From a virus (taxonomy: Duplodnaviria; Caudoviricetes), in the IMG/VR virus record IMGVR_UViG_3300024494_000023, positions 1-25,379 of that record: DNA of 25,379 nt. One strand, 5' to 3'. Below are positions 8,222 to 16,096 of this stretch, one piece after another. Each line of letters opens with the position of its first letter. The first letter of the stretch is position 1. The position numbers were made by a program, and so were the translations under genes. The notes under the pieces are model-generated. The model saw only the letters and a list, made by a program, of their open reading frames with translations, had not been told where the DNA came from and searched no databases.

Positions 8222-9989
8222 AAATTTCCTGAATTACGTTGACCAAATTCGGAGCTTGAGCCTCTTTAGGCTTTACAAACTCCGCAATGAAATCTGCTGA
8301 TTCTTTAGGTTTGCTTATTGTGAATTCGATAAGCTCCTTACTTGTCAAAGCATGAGATGCGCCTGTCACTTTTGTGGATTCTATGTCTACGACATCGCCT
8401 TTTGCAACAGCTTCTTGGAAGTTCTCGATTGTTAATCCTGTGAACGCAAGAACCATTGCATCTGCACGGTCAGGAGATTTATAGCCCTCAGATCGCATCT
8501 CCAATTTCGTTTGCATCCGAATCTTGCCGGTGCGCTTCGAGCGATCGTATTTACGAGTGGAGAGTTGTTCCACCAACAGATGATCTTCTTTCGGCAGAAT
8601 GAGGTAGCACTCTTCGACAAGACGAGCTATCAAGAACCACAGCTCAGTTCCACGGTTATCGAACTCTGCTGTATTATATGCACGAGCTTGATTCAGAACC
8701 CGATTGACATTGACCCAACCTTTGTCTCGCAAGAGAGGCCAGACAGCACGACCAACACCAGAATCGTCGATGTAGATATTTGTTGAATCGAGAGCGATTC
8801 CATGCTTCCTCAGGAATGTGTCGATTTCTGTCACGATAACTGTGATGTCATCTGAACAGAACGTATGCTGCGCAAGTCGTTTGTTTCCTTGCCAAAGCGA
8901 CAGGACACTTTCGTCTCCTCCTGTTGACATTGCGATATCGATTCCGACACGCTTCTGCCACCGCTTTCCAATCCAGCTAGTGGTTTTCTCAACACATTTA
9001 TTTACCCACAGTTGTGAGATAATAAATTGCCCGCCGAGTTGCGTGAATAATGCGAGATGCTTCGACCGGAATATTGCACTGTTCTCGCCGTAACGAAGTC
9101 GATCCTCTTCGATGTCTTTCGGGTTTTTGTGGGAGCAATCGTAAGACGTAACTCTCGTGAACTTGTAACCAAGCCGTTCATGATTCGTGCAGCTGTAATG
9201 GAAATGTCCAGTCGGCTCGCCGGGCGTAGAGACTTCTAGCCAGTAATTGTATCCTGTGCATCTCGTCAACGCTTCGAAGATTTCGTCATGAATCGACTTC
9301 GCCTCATTCGTTATCACAGCCATCTCAGACCACGATTCCAGTGGATGATAACCTTCTGCTTTACCAGGTTCATCCGTCGCAAACAATCGAACTTCACTTC
9401 CAGTGTCATTGCATTTAATGAAACGTTTGATAACTTTGAAGCACTCTCGCCCGACGAGCTTGTTAAATTTCAGCGCGAGAGCACTGATATAATTCTCCGT
9501 CTGCGCAGTTAGCTGCACACCGGATGACGACGTGATCACCGTCAACGCCCGCTTGCGCGTCAAACAAAACCAAACCACGAAGGGCGCAATAACAAACGCA
9601 TCTTTCCCTGATCCGTTACAAGCGCAAAGACAGAGTTTAAATGTGTCATGTTGCGTCGGTTTCGCAGACGCAATCTGGTGGCTAATGTTTAGTTGCCAGT
9701 TGTGGAGCGTTACTTCCGGATTGAAGAGTTGTGCTATTTCGGCGGGCTCGACAAAGTCGTAGACTTGAAGATCGGAGGCATCGACGATTGGATCAGCAGG
9801 AACTGATGACGGAGCGTCATCACGGCTAACGGCCGATTCGCCCGCTATAGCGGGTTGTTCTCTCTCATCACGTTCACGTTCACGCCTCTCCGCTCGACTT
9901 TCAACTCCACGAATAGCTGAATCGACGCAGCGATCCTCGTAGGATTCACTGCGTCTTTTCAACTCTTCTAATGCTTCCTCTGGTGTCAC
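8205..9989 (-). CDS. terL: Terminase large subunit
   Basis: Walker A CNGSGKD, EGYH, Walker B-like ITNEA, STPG, and RNase H-fold motifs GIDIA, IDDSGVG and SPDRADA. Confidence 0.9.
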   Translation of the reverse strand: MTPEEALEELKRRSESYEDRCVDSAIRGVESRAERRERERDEREQPAIAGESAVSRDDAPSSVPADPIVDASDLQVYDFVEPAEIAQLFNPEVTLHNWQLNISHQIASAKPTQHDTFKLCLCACNGSGKDAFVIAPFVVWFCLTRKRALTVITSSSGVQLTAQTENYISALALKFNKLVGRECFKVIKRFIKCNDTGSEVRLFATDEPGKAEGYHPLESWSEMAVITNEAKSIHDEIFEALTRCTGYNYWLEVSTPGEPTGHFHYSCTNHERLGYKFTRVTSYDCSHKNPKDIEEDRLRYGENSAIFRSKHLALFTQLGGQFIISQLWVNKCVEKTTSWIGKRWQKRVGIDIAMSTGGDESVLSLWQGNKRLAQHTFCSDDITVIVTEIDTFLRKHGIALDSTNIYIDDSGVGRAVWPLLRDKGWVNVNRVLNQARAYNTAEFDNRGTELWFLIARLVEECYLILPKEDHLLVEQLSTRKYDRSKRTGKIRMQTKLEMRSEGYKSPDRADAMVLAFTGLTIENFQEAVAKGDVVDIESTKVTGASHALTSKELIEFTISKPKESADFIAEFVKPKEAQAPNLVNVIQEIYDYSN

Positions 9990-9990
9990 T

Positions 9991-10425
9991 TTAACGTTTC
10001 ATGAACCGCTTCGCTTGGTTGATAGTAAGAGGAGGCAAGGACTTCTTTGCTGGTGAATCACCAGAAGGAAGAACAGGAACTTCTGGTTTCGGAGAGTTTC
10101 CGAAGATTTGGCCAGAGGTTGATTTCTCTGCGAGAATTGCTGCGTTCACAATAGGACCGGAAACTGATTCAACAGGTTGAGGATTTGAAACGGATTCATC
10201 ACTCGCCACAACAAGCTCGTTCATCTTCGGAGCTTCTGCGGGCTTATCGACTGTTTCCGTCGTTTCCTCAAACCTTCCACAGCAAGTTGTAGCGTTTGTC
10301 ATTGGAAACTTCGATTCGCCAGTCATCACCAACTGTGGCGGATTCGCACGACAATTAGCTTGTTGCGCTTCACTTCGTTTATGTGGAGTGAACCAGTGGA
10401 CACAATTACGACATGATTTGTTCAT
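9991..10425 (-). CDS. Hypothetical Cys-rich metal-binding protein
   Basis: CRNC...C...CCGRF N-terminal domain and a low-complexity tail. Confidence 0.6.
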   Translation of the reverse strand: MNKSCRNCVHWFTPHKRSEAQQANCRANPPQLVMTGESKFPMTNATTCCGRFEETTETVDKPAEAPKMNELVVASDESVSNPQPVESVSGPIVNAAILAEKSTSGQIFGNSPKPEVPVLPSGDSPAKKSLPPLTINQAKRFMKR

Positions 10426-10430
10426 ATTTC

Positions 10431-10679
10431 TTATTCGTTACAGGCAATTCCAGCATTAGCCCACATGACAGCTTCTTGCAATTTGGTCAGAGCCAAAGAT
10501 TGTTCTCGACTTGGTTTCGAGTTTTGACAAATGAGAAGTGCAAAATTTCTTGCATTGTCTCGTAACGTAACGTATCTCGCTTGCTGTCCCTCTTTTGGAG
10601 GATGATACGAGAAACGATTGTTGATATCCGCCAAAAGCTTGGCGTCCATTGACTCTACTACAGTTGCTTTATCACTCAT
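10431..10679 (-). CDS. Acb2/Tad1-like helical hairpin protein (candidate anti-defence)
   Basis: FSYHPP...SREQSLALTKLQEAVMWANAGIA, recognised from memory as the family signature. Confidence 0.65.
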   Translation of the reverse strand: MSDKATVVESMDAKLLADINNRFSYHPPKEGQQARYVTLRDNARNFALLICQNSKPSREQSLALTKLQEAVMWANAGIACNE

Positions 10680-10690
10680 ATTTCATTCAG

Positions 10691-11197
10691 TTATTTCGCC
10701 AACACCATTTCCATTGCAGATTCACTTGCGGTGCTTTTCTCGCCCGCTGAAGCAGCCTTCACTTCACCCACATCAATCACACCGCCATTCATTCGCGATT
10801 TCGCCAGTTGTTCTCTGCTACGTCGCAAAGCTTCGTTTAATTGCAAAACGCCAATCCCAAGTTGCTGCATGTTTCGCAACCCTTTCACAGCCGCATCATT
10901 CCGTCCCTTATATTCATCCATGATGAATTTCGCAGCCCTAAATTTGACGCTCTCTTCTGGCGAATCCAGAAGTTGCTCCATCGTTTCTGCGGCCCGTTTT
11001 GCCACAGCGTTCTCGAAGAAATTCTTCTCCTCGACCTTGCCCTGCTTCAATTCAACACGATACGCGCAACTAGTCTGCGCCAACGACATGCGCACAGCAT
11101 CAGCATCAAGACCCATGTCATCGGCAATGTCCTGCACGGACATTTCCAAATCCTCGTATCTCGTCTTAATCTCTATGTCTGCTGCACTGTTTAGCAT
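10691..11197 (-). CDS. Putative terminase small subunit
   Basis: N-terminal HTH-like SVQDIADDMGLDADAVRMSL and helical oligomerisation-like region. Lies at the head of the packaging operon. Confidence 0.5.
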   Translation of the reverse strand: MLNSAADIEIKTRYEDLEMSVQDIADDMGLDADAVRMSLAQTSCAYRVELKQGKVEEKNFFENAVAKRAAETMEQLLDSPEESVKFRAAKFIMDEYKGRNDAAVKGLRNMQQLGIGVLQLNEALRRSREQLAKSRMNGGVIDVGEVKAASAGEKSTASESAMEMVLAK

Positions 11198-11212
11198 AGC
11201 CTTCTCAATCCG

Positions 11213-11296
11213 CTACACAATCTCCAACACCTTCCACATCTTCGTTCCTCGCACAATCTTCCAAACATCTTCGCTGAATTCGTTTTTATTTCTCAT
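11213..11296 (-). CDS. Possible 27-aa leader ORF
   Basis: MRNKNEFSEDVWKIVRGTKMWKVLEIV, preceded by TAAGGT, between the sigma54 promoter and the TerS-like gene. Confidence 0.3.
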   Translation of the reverse strand: MRNKNEFSEDVWKIVRGTKMWKVLEIV

Positions 11297-11313
11297 ACTT
11301 ACCTTACTCTCAT

Positions 11314-11330
11314 CGCAACATCTATGCCAG
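11314..11330 (-). promoter_or_regulatory. Sigma54 promoter for the terminase/portal operon
   Basis: CTGGCATAGATGTTGCG has GG-N10-GC spacing with TTGC. Intergenic, at the head of the late arm. Confidence 0.75.
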
Positions 11331-11495
11331 AGCACATATTGATTTACTGTATCTGCACGACGTATCATTTATATGGAGTCAGAATTCAGATTTTGAAGTA
11401 TCAAATTTGTGAGAGTGTGAGTGTGTGAAAAATCGATTTCCACTTCTGGGGTGGTGGGTCACTTTGCATTGCAGAGTTCTTTGTGGCACAGAGTG

Positions 11496-11521
11496 AAAGT
11501 GTTAAAGTAAAGTGTTAAAGT
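11496..11521. repeat. Tandem 13-bp repeat x2
   Basis: AAAGTGTTAAAGT occurs twice in the divergent intergenic region. Confidence 0.8.
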
Positions 11522-11746
11522 AACGCTACCAAGGAAAGTTAGGTGAGACTAACATTATTAGTGTGTGCTGAAAAGTGAGACGATTTCCTGAAAGGGGTGT
11601 CAGTTTGCTCTTTTCCAGCCCGCTACGGTTCGCGCGTCACGGCTTTGCCGTGTGTCAGCCGCCAGCCACTAGCCTTTTGTGTCGTCCGTAGGTATTGCTT
11701 CGCTTTCGTGTCTGGCATGGTGCCGGGTGCGATTATCAGTAACACT

Positions 11747-12205
11747 ATGCAAACTACCACCACACAAGAGCCACAGTCTACCACCACAGTCAAACTCTCG
11801 CCTGCTGTTGAAGCTGGCAAGTTCAATGGACACTTGGCTTCATTCGCACTTGGCGCGTTCAATTATTTGCTCGCGTTCAAAGTTTCGCGTGAAGTCGCAC
11901 ACAAGATTGCCATGGACTACGCTTCCGACATCGGACGTGGCATGTCAGAGAATCTTGAAATCGTGTCAGCCGTTGGCAAAGCCAAAAAGAATGGCGAGTC
12001 TGTTGTTTCGTTCAGTGGGAAAACTCACGCCGTAACGCAGACATTCTCCATGAGCCTCATTCGCGTATGCATTCTCATCGAGAAATGTCACGATGAAAAG
12101 TTCTTTGGCAAGCGCCCCGAATTGGACAGCCTCCCGCTGTCCGCAAACTTGGCCGATTACTTGGCCGAAGCTAAAGCATGGGCGTCACGGCAAACGTGGA
12201 AGTAG
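11747..12205 (+). CDS. Hypothetical protein
   Basis: Likely start MQTTTT at 11747. Followed by a strong terminator. Confidence 0.65.
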   Translation: MQTTTTQEPQSTTTVKLSPAVEAGKFNGHLASFALGAFNYLLAFKVSREVAHKIAMDYASDIGRGMSENLEIVSAVGKAKKNGESVVSFSGKTHAVTQTFSMSLIRVCILIEKCHDEKFFGKRPELDSLPLSANLADYLAEAKAWASRQTWK

Positions 12206-12219
12206 GTTGTGAGCAGGTC

Positions 12220-12265
12220 ACCGGACGTGTATCTTTCGAGATATGCGTCCGGTCTTTCCCTTTTT
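12220..12265 (+). terminator. Intrinsic terminator
   Basis: 15-bp stem ACCGGACGTGTATCT/AGATATGCGTCCGGT with TTCG loop and a pyrimidine/T tail. Confidence 0.7.
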
Positions 12266-12334
12266 CGGTAAAATCTAGAGGTTTGCAGAGCGTCTTTAAC
12301 TTAATAGGTTAATTATGTGAGCAGACTAGGTAAC

Positions 12335-12507
12335 AACATACGTTAGCGTGACAGGCAAACAACGTAATGTTGCGAGGCGCCAGCATACTTTAGCTAGGCT
12401 AAATCCTGTGTCGTGCATACGAGCGCGACTAGTGGTTGATTAGGTTAACGGAAAAAGCGGTGGATTTATCCATTGCTCTCCTAACTCAACGCTAACGGTG
12501 ATATGTT
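12335..12507 (+). ncRNA. Putative multibranch structured RNA
   Basis: Closing stem CGTTAGCGT/ACGCTAACG plus AACATA/TATGTT, with nested stems. G-U pairs favour the plus strand. Confidence 0.45.
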
Positions 12508-12627
12508 TGTTTCTCTCTGGAAAGTGGCTACGCTTCTGGTTGTGTGCCGTCTGGAGAGACACAAGAGTTTTCGTGCATCTAGCGAAGGCTCTTGTGTCTT
12601 TCTACAAAAGTTGAGAACAAACAACTT

Positions 12628-12837
12628 ATGGCTTCAAAACACTACACTCCAACAAAAAATTCGCGGGATTTGCGGCGGGCCGGGGACGAACTTCGAGCGG
12701 CGCGGCGCTCTTTTCGTGAGGCGACGTTTGGGCTTGCTCCGTCGAAACGCGAATCACGCGCGGGGCGCAGGGCTCGCAAGCAAGATATGCGCGAGTTTTG
12801 GCGCGTGAAGTTTCAGTATAATCCAGAAGTGCTATAA
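12628..12837 (+). CDS. Small Arg-rich protein
   Basis: MASKHY...RAARRSFRE...RAGRRARKQ, preceded by an A/C-rich leader like other genes in this arm. Confidence 0.55.
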   Translation: MASKHYTPTKNSRDLRRAGDELRAARRSFREATFGLAPSKRESRAGRRARKQDMREFWRVKFQYNPEVL

Positions 12838-12865
12838 TACTTAGGAATACGCGCAAGCTATTTTG

Positions 12866-12969
12866 TAAATCAATATGGAAAGTCGATAATCGACTTCGGT
12901 AGGGCTTTTTATATACTTTTATATATATAATATATTAAATGATACAGTAAGACATTATCCATATTGATT
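12866..12969. other. AT-rich element bounded by inverted repeats (candidate origin or protein-binding region)
   Basis: AATCAATATGGA ... TCCATATTGATT flanks an AAGTCGAT/ATCGACTT dyad and a nearly pure A/T tract (12906-12940). Confidence 0.4.
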
Positions 12970-13072
12970 AAGATGATGAGAGTGTGTATTGATTTGTGAG
13001 ATTGGTGTGAGCTTTGGCTAGTCTAGGAGTCCTAAACCCTAGAATGAGAAGTGCTAGAATGGCACTTGCAGA

Positions 13073-13105
13073 GCGTAGGCTGCATAAACCTACGCATTTT
13101 TATTT
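13073..13105 (+). terminator. Intrinsic terminator candidate
   Basis: GCGTAGG/CCTACGC stem followed by ATTTTTATTT. Confidence 0.5.
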
Positions 13106-13234
13106 ACTCATGAAAAAGAAACCTAACTCTGACAAGAGTTGGCCCTTCGAGGGCTTGAAAGCTTTCGGGAAGTTACGTTTGCAACTTGCGAGGGAGTTTA
13201 GCCCGCCAATCAGCGGAACATTGGCAAATTCGCA

Positions 13235-13250
13235 TGGCATGATGCCTGCA
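13235..13250 (+). promoter_or_regulatory. Candidate sigma54 promoter
   Basis: TGGCATGATGCCTGCA has GG-N10-GC spacing with one mismatch in the -12 box. Confidence 0.45.
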
Positions 13251-13325
13251 ACTGTCGTTATCATGCGTGGAGTGAGTTCGCACGCGATTGTGTTTGGGAT
13301 GAATTGATAAGAGGATGAATTGATT

Positions 13326-13472
13326 ATGAACAATCCAATTTGGAATTTCGTTGTGGCTCCATATCGCGGTAAATCTCGTTACGCGAAATGGCAGCAATTT
13401 TGCAATGACGCCGCAATTCTCTTTTGCGGCCTGATAGGCTTTGGCCTATTGTTCGTTGTGGCGTGTTGGTAA
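13326..13472 (+). CDS. Small putative membrane protein
   Basis: 48 aa, upstream GAGGA, C-terminal hydrophobic helix. Confidence 0.4.
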   Translation: MNNPIWNFVVAPYRGKSRYAKWQQFCNDAAILFCGLIGFGLLFVVACW

Positions 13473-13481
13473 TCGCAAGAA

Positions 13482-13678
13482 TTTAACTAGCAATGAATCC
13501 ACTCATTAGCTGCTAGACTCCTTGATGAGCGCAGCAAAAGGATATGTAAAGGCTAGTGAAAAGAAACCTAGAACAAACTCTGAGAGTAATAATCGCGCAA
13601 TGCTGACTCTCGTGTCCGCGGACAATCAAAGAGATTCTAGTTGAGGTTAGCGGCATCACCAATAACATAAGATGCCGC
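13482..13678 (+). ncRNA. Putative structured RNA
   Basis: Stems TTTAACTAG/CTAGTTGAG, GCTGC/GCAGC, GAGAGT/ACTCTC and GCGGCATC/GATGCCGC in an ORF-free gap. Confidence 0.35.
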
Positions 13679-13688
13679 AATTTAATTT

Positions 13689-14249
13689 ATGCAAACCTTC
13701 CTCCCATATCCTGACTTTCGTGAATCTGCTCGTGTGCTTGACAACAAACGGTTAGGAAAGCAACGAGTCGAATGTTTGCAAATACTGCAAACGTTAGCGA
13801 AAGGGCCATATCAGAAGCGTATCTGTGATGCTTTAGGGTATGATGATGGATTTGCTCCTTGTAGCGACAAGGAGTTCGTTTCCCTACCAAAATACTATAA
13901 ACGCCGCACTCCATGGTATAATCATCCAGCATGCAGGATGTGGAGAGGTAAGGAGCACGCTTTAGCTTTATATGGCTGTCACATCTGTTTTGAATGGCGT
14001 AAGCGTGGATTTCAAGACAATGTCATACAGAAGATTTGTGGAATGATGCAGTGGACTAATAACCTTGAGATAGCTTTACGCACGCTTTCTTTTGATCCAC
14101 AATATCCAAAATACGATTATCCTTTGTGGCTCGGAAATAAAGAATTCCACGCCTCGCATCGGAGCAATTTGCTGCGCAAAGATTTCGCGTGGTATAATCA
14201 ATTTGGATGGACTGAGCCAACAACGTTAGAATACGTTTGGCCGGTTTAA
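13689..14249 (+). CDS. Pyrimidine-dimer DNA glycosylase/DenV-like protein (MSMEG_6728 family)
   Basis: MQTFLPYPDF...LDNKRLGKQRVECLQIL...HPACRMWRG...HASHRSNLLRKD signature. Confidence 0.85.
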   Translation: MQTFLPYPDFRESARVLDNKRLGKQRVECLQILQTLAKGPYQKRICDALGYDDGFAPCSDKEFVSLPKYYKRRTPWYNHPACRMWRGKEHALALYGCHICFEWRKRGFQDNVIQKICGMMQWTNNLEIALRTLSFDPQYPKYDYPLWLGNKEFHASHRSNLLRKDFAWYNQFGWTEPTTLEYVWPV

Positions 14250-14258
14250 TTAACTTTA

Positions 14259-14447
14259 TTTCACCAGACAAGCCCGGCGCGGACGGGCCAGGCAATGAAC
14301 AAAAGCGAACTAGACATGAAATTATCAATCATGTCGCGGATGTAGCTGCCTATTGCATCGTAAGTCAGCGAAAGCACACTGAATTGATAACTCAGAAAAG
14401 ATGCCGTAGATGATGCAAGCCAGAAATACGCACTGGCTCTGGTGAAA
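14259..14447 (+). ncRNA. Putative multibranch structured RNA
   Basis: Perfect 10-bp closing stem TTTCACCAGA/TCTGGTGAAA enclosing at least four helices. Confidence 0.5.
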
Positions 14448-14452
14448 CTCTT

Positions 14453-14593
14453 TTAGAATGAGCGCGTGGCGGAATGTAAAGACGCAAGAAACAGCGTAAG
14501 CCATAGAATCACGATTGAAAAACATCGGTCAACCTATGCCGAAATGTTCTGACAATAGTCATGCAGGTTCAAATCCTGCCGCGCTCATTCTAA
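14453..14593 (+). ncRNA. tRNA-like RNA 1 with replaced anticodon arm
   Basis: Acceptor GAGCGCG/CGCGCTC extended to 14 bp, D arm TGGCGGAATGTAAAGACGC, variable arm GAC-AATA-GTC, T arm GCAGG-TTCAAAT-CCTGC. No canonical anticodon loop and no CCA. Confidence 0.75.
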
Positions 14594-14599
14594 TTCTTT

Positions 14600-14713
14600 T
14601 GTGAAACACAGTGGCGGAATTGGTAGACGCTAACTGTGTAAGAGAAACCTTAGCCAATGGCGAGGAAACGCAAAAATTTCTCATACAGGTTCAAATCCTG
14701 TCTGTGTTTCACA
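14600..14713 (+). ncRNA. tRNA-like RNA 2 with replaced anticodon arm
   Basis: Acceptor AACACAG/CTGTGTT extended to 12 bp, Leu-type D arm TGGCGGAATTGGTAGACGC, T arm ACAGG-TTCAAAT-CCTGT. No canonical anticodon loop and no CCA. Confidence 0.75.
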
Positions 14714-14723
14714 TCTTCTTTCT

Positions 14724-14999
14724 ATGCCCTCAACATCAAATCACACTTGTAACATCTGTCGCAATCCCATCGAACCAGCACGTGTTGAACTCAACCTTCA
14801 CATCTGTTTCACATGTGCAGAACGAACTGTGCAACGAGTCAAAGGCGATATGAACTATCAACACAAGACAGCGCCAACGCTGATGGTCATGTCACCAGCG
14901 GAACATGCCAACTACAGGCGTTATGTTCCGTATGGCAAATACACAGGCCGTGGCAGTGGAACTCATGTGATGTCACGACCGGTGACTTCTTTGAAGTGA
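14724..14999 (+). CDS. DksA/TraR-type C4 zinc-finger protein
   Basis: CNICRNPIEPARVELNLHICFTCAE matches CxxCxxxIxxxR...CxxC. Confidence 0.7.
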   Translation: MPSTSNHTCNICRNPIEPARVELNLHICFTCAERTVQRVKGDMNYQHKTAPTLMVMSPAEHANYRRYVPYGKYTGRGSGTHVMSRPVTSLK

Positions 15000-15184
15000 C
15001 GACTAACGAATTTATCAATCATCCGAAACGGTCTGGCTAGAACCATCGGGTCTGGATGATTGAAACCCGGCCTTGCGTTTGCAAGTGTCCGGGGTAATTT
15101 TAATGGCTTTGAATTAAAAGCAAGAGTTCATCCTGTGGTAAAGGCCAAGCTTGCTTACTTCAATTTGTTAAACGAATACCCACT

Positions 15185-15439
15185 ATGAAATCAGCAGAAG
15201 ATTGGTATGATAATAATGACGCTACAACACGAGATGGTGTTATAGCTATACTCAAACAAATCCAACTCGACGCAATGCGCGAAGGGATGAAGAGGGCGGC
15301 GGATATTGCAAACATGAAAGGCTGTGGAATCATAACGCGACACGCAGTGAATGGTCCGTTTGATGCCTACATGTTTCGAGGAGACATTAGGCAGGAAATC
15401 CTCTCCGCCGCAGAACAGCTAACCGAGAAAGACCTATGA
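15185..15439 (+). CDS. Hypothetical phage protein
   Basis: 84-aa ORF in the co-oriented early cluster. Confidence 0.6.
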   Translation: MKSAEDWYDNNDATTRDGVIAILKQIQLDAMREGMKRAADIANMKGCGIITRHAVNGPFDAYMFRGDIRQEILSAAEQLTEKDL

Positions 15440-15545
15440 CTTCCCAATGGACGCTAGATTCAGTCGCTGACATTGGAGAACCTTTCTACGGAACATCAAT
15501 GAGCCGTAAAGGTGCCGTATTATTTCAACTCCAAGAATTATTTAT

Positions 15546-15731
15546 ATGACTACTATCACATTCAAAGCCACTCAATATTCCGGTGGAGTCTCTTATGTTC
15601 CAGTTTCATTAGAAGATGAATACCTAATGCAACACTGTCTCGACACTAACCATGCATCTATCAACCACGGCGGAATGGAGAAACTAAAAATCGTAGCCGA
15701 AGCACACGGCTGGAAAGTGGAGATTGTATGA
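15546..15731 (+). CDS. Hypothetical protein
   Basis: 61-aa co-oriented ORF. Confidence 0.5.
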   Translation: MTTITFKATQYSGGVSYVPVSLEDEYLMQHCLDTNHASINHGGMEKLKIVAEAHGWKVEIV

Positions 15732-15765
15732 ACCTGAAACTCATTATGCTGAAGAAGGATAACCT

Positions 15766-16092
15766 ATGACAACCAACGAAATTAACATTGCGATTGCGGA
15801 GGCGTGTGGGTGGGAGCCACTACCGGAAGGTTGCTTTCATCCTGACAACCCGATTGGCCAGCGTCTACCCAACTACACCACCGACCTAAACGCGATGCAT
15901 GAGGCGGAGAAGGTGCTATCAGTCAAAGAAGAACTGATAAGGCAGTGCTACCTAGATAACCTATGCATAGCTACCAATGGTGAATCCGCTGAAATGGATG
16001 GCAGCTATCAAGAAGTGTGGAATATGTGTCACGCCACCGCCCGTCAACGCGCCGAAGCATTCTTGCGGACAATTGGTAAATGGAAGGAATAA
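15766..16092 (+). CDS. Phage ABA-sandwich-like protein
   Basis: INIAIAEACGW...PNYTTDLNAMHEAE...ATARQRAEAFL pattern. Confidence 0.6.
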   Translation: MTTNEINIAIAEACGWEPLPEGCFHPDNPIGQRLPNYTTDLNAMHEAEKVLSVKEELIRQCYLDNLCIATNGESAEMDGSYQEVWNMCHATARQRAEAFLRTIGKWKE

Positions 16093-16096
16093 GATT

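Noticed and set aside
9295-9320. TerL Walker B reading ITNEA instead of hhDEA as evidence of inactivation
   Set aside because: The catalytic Glu and all other motifs are intact, so a single substitution is insufficient evidence.
11712-11731. CTGGCATGGTGCCGGGTGC as a sigma54 promoter, and similarly TGGCAC at 11484
   Set aside because: The GC is not at the obligatory GG-N10-GC spacing.
14453-14713. Ordinary tRNA-Leu genes or tmRNA
   Set aside because: No 7-nt anticodon loop on a 5-bp stem. Too short for tmRNA, and they keep a paired D stem.
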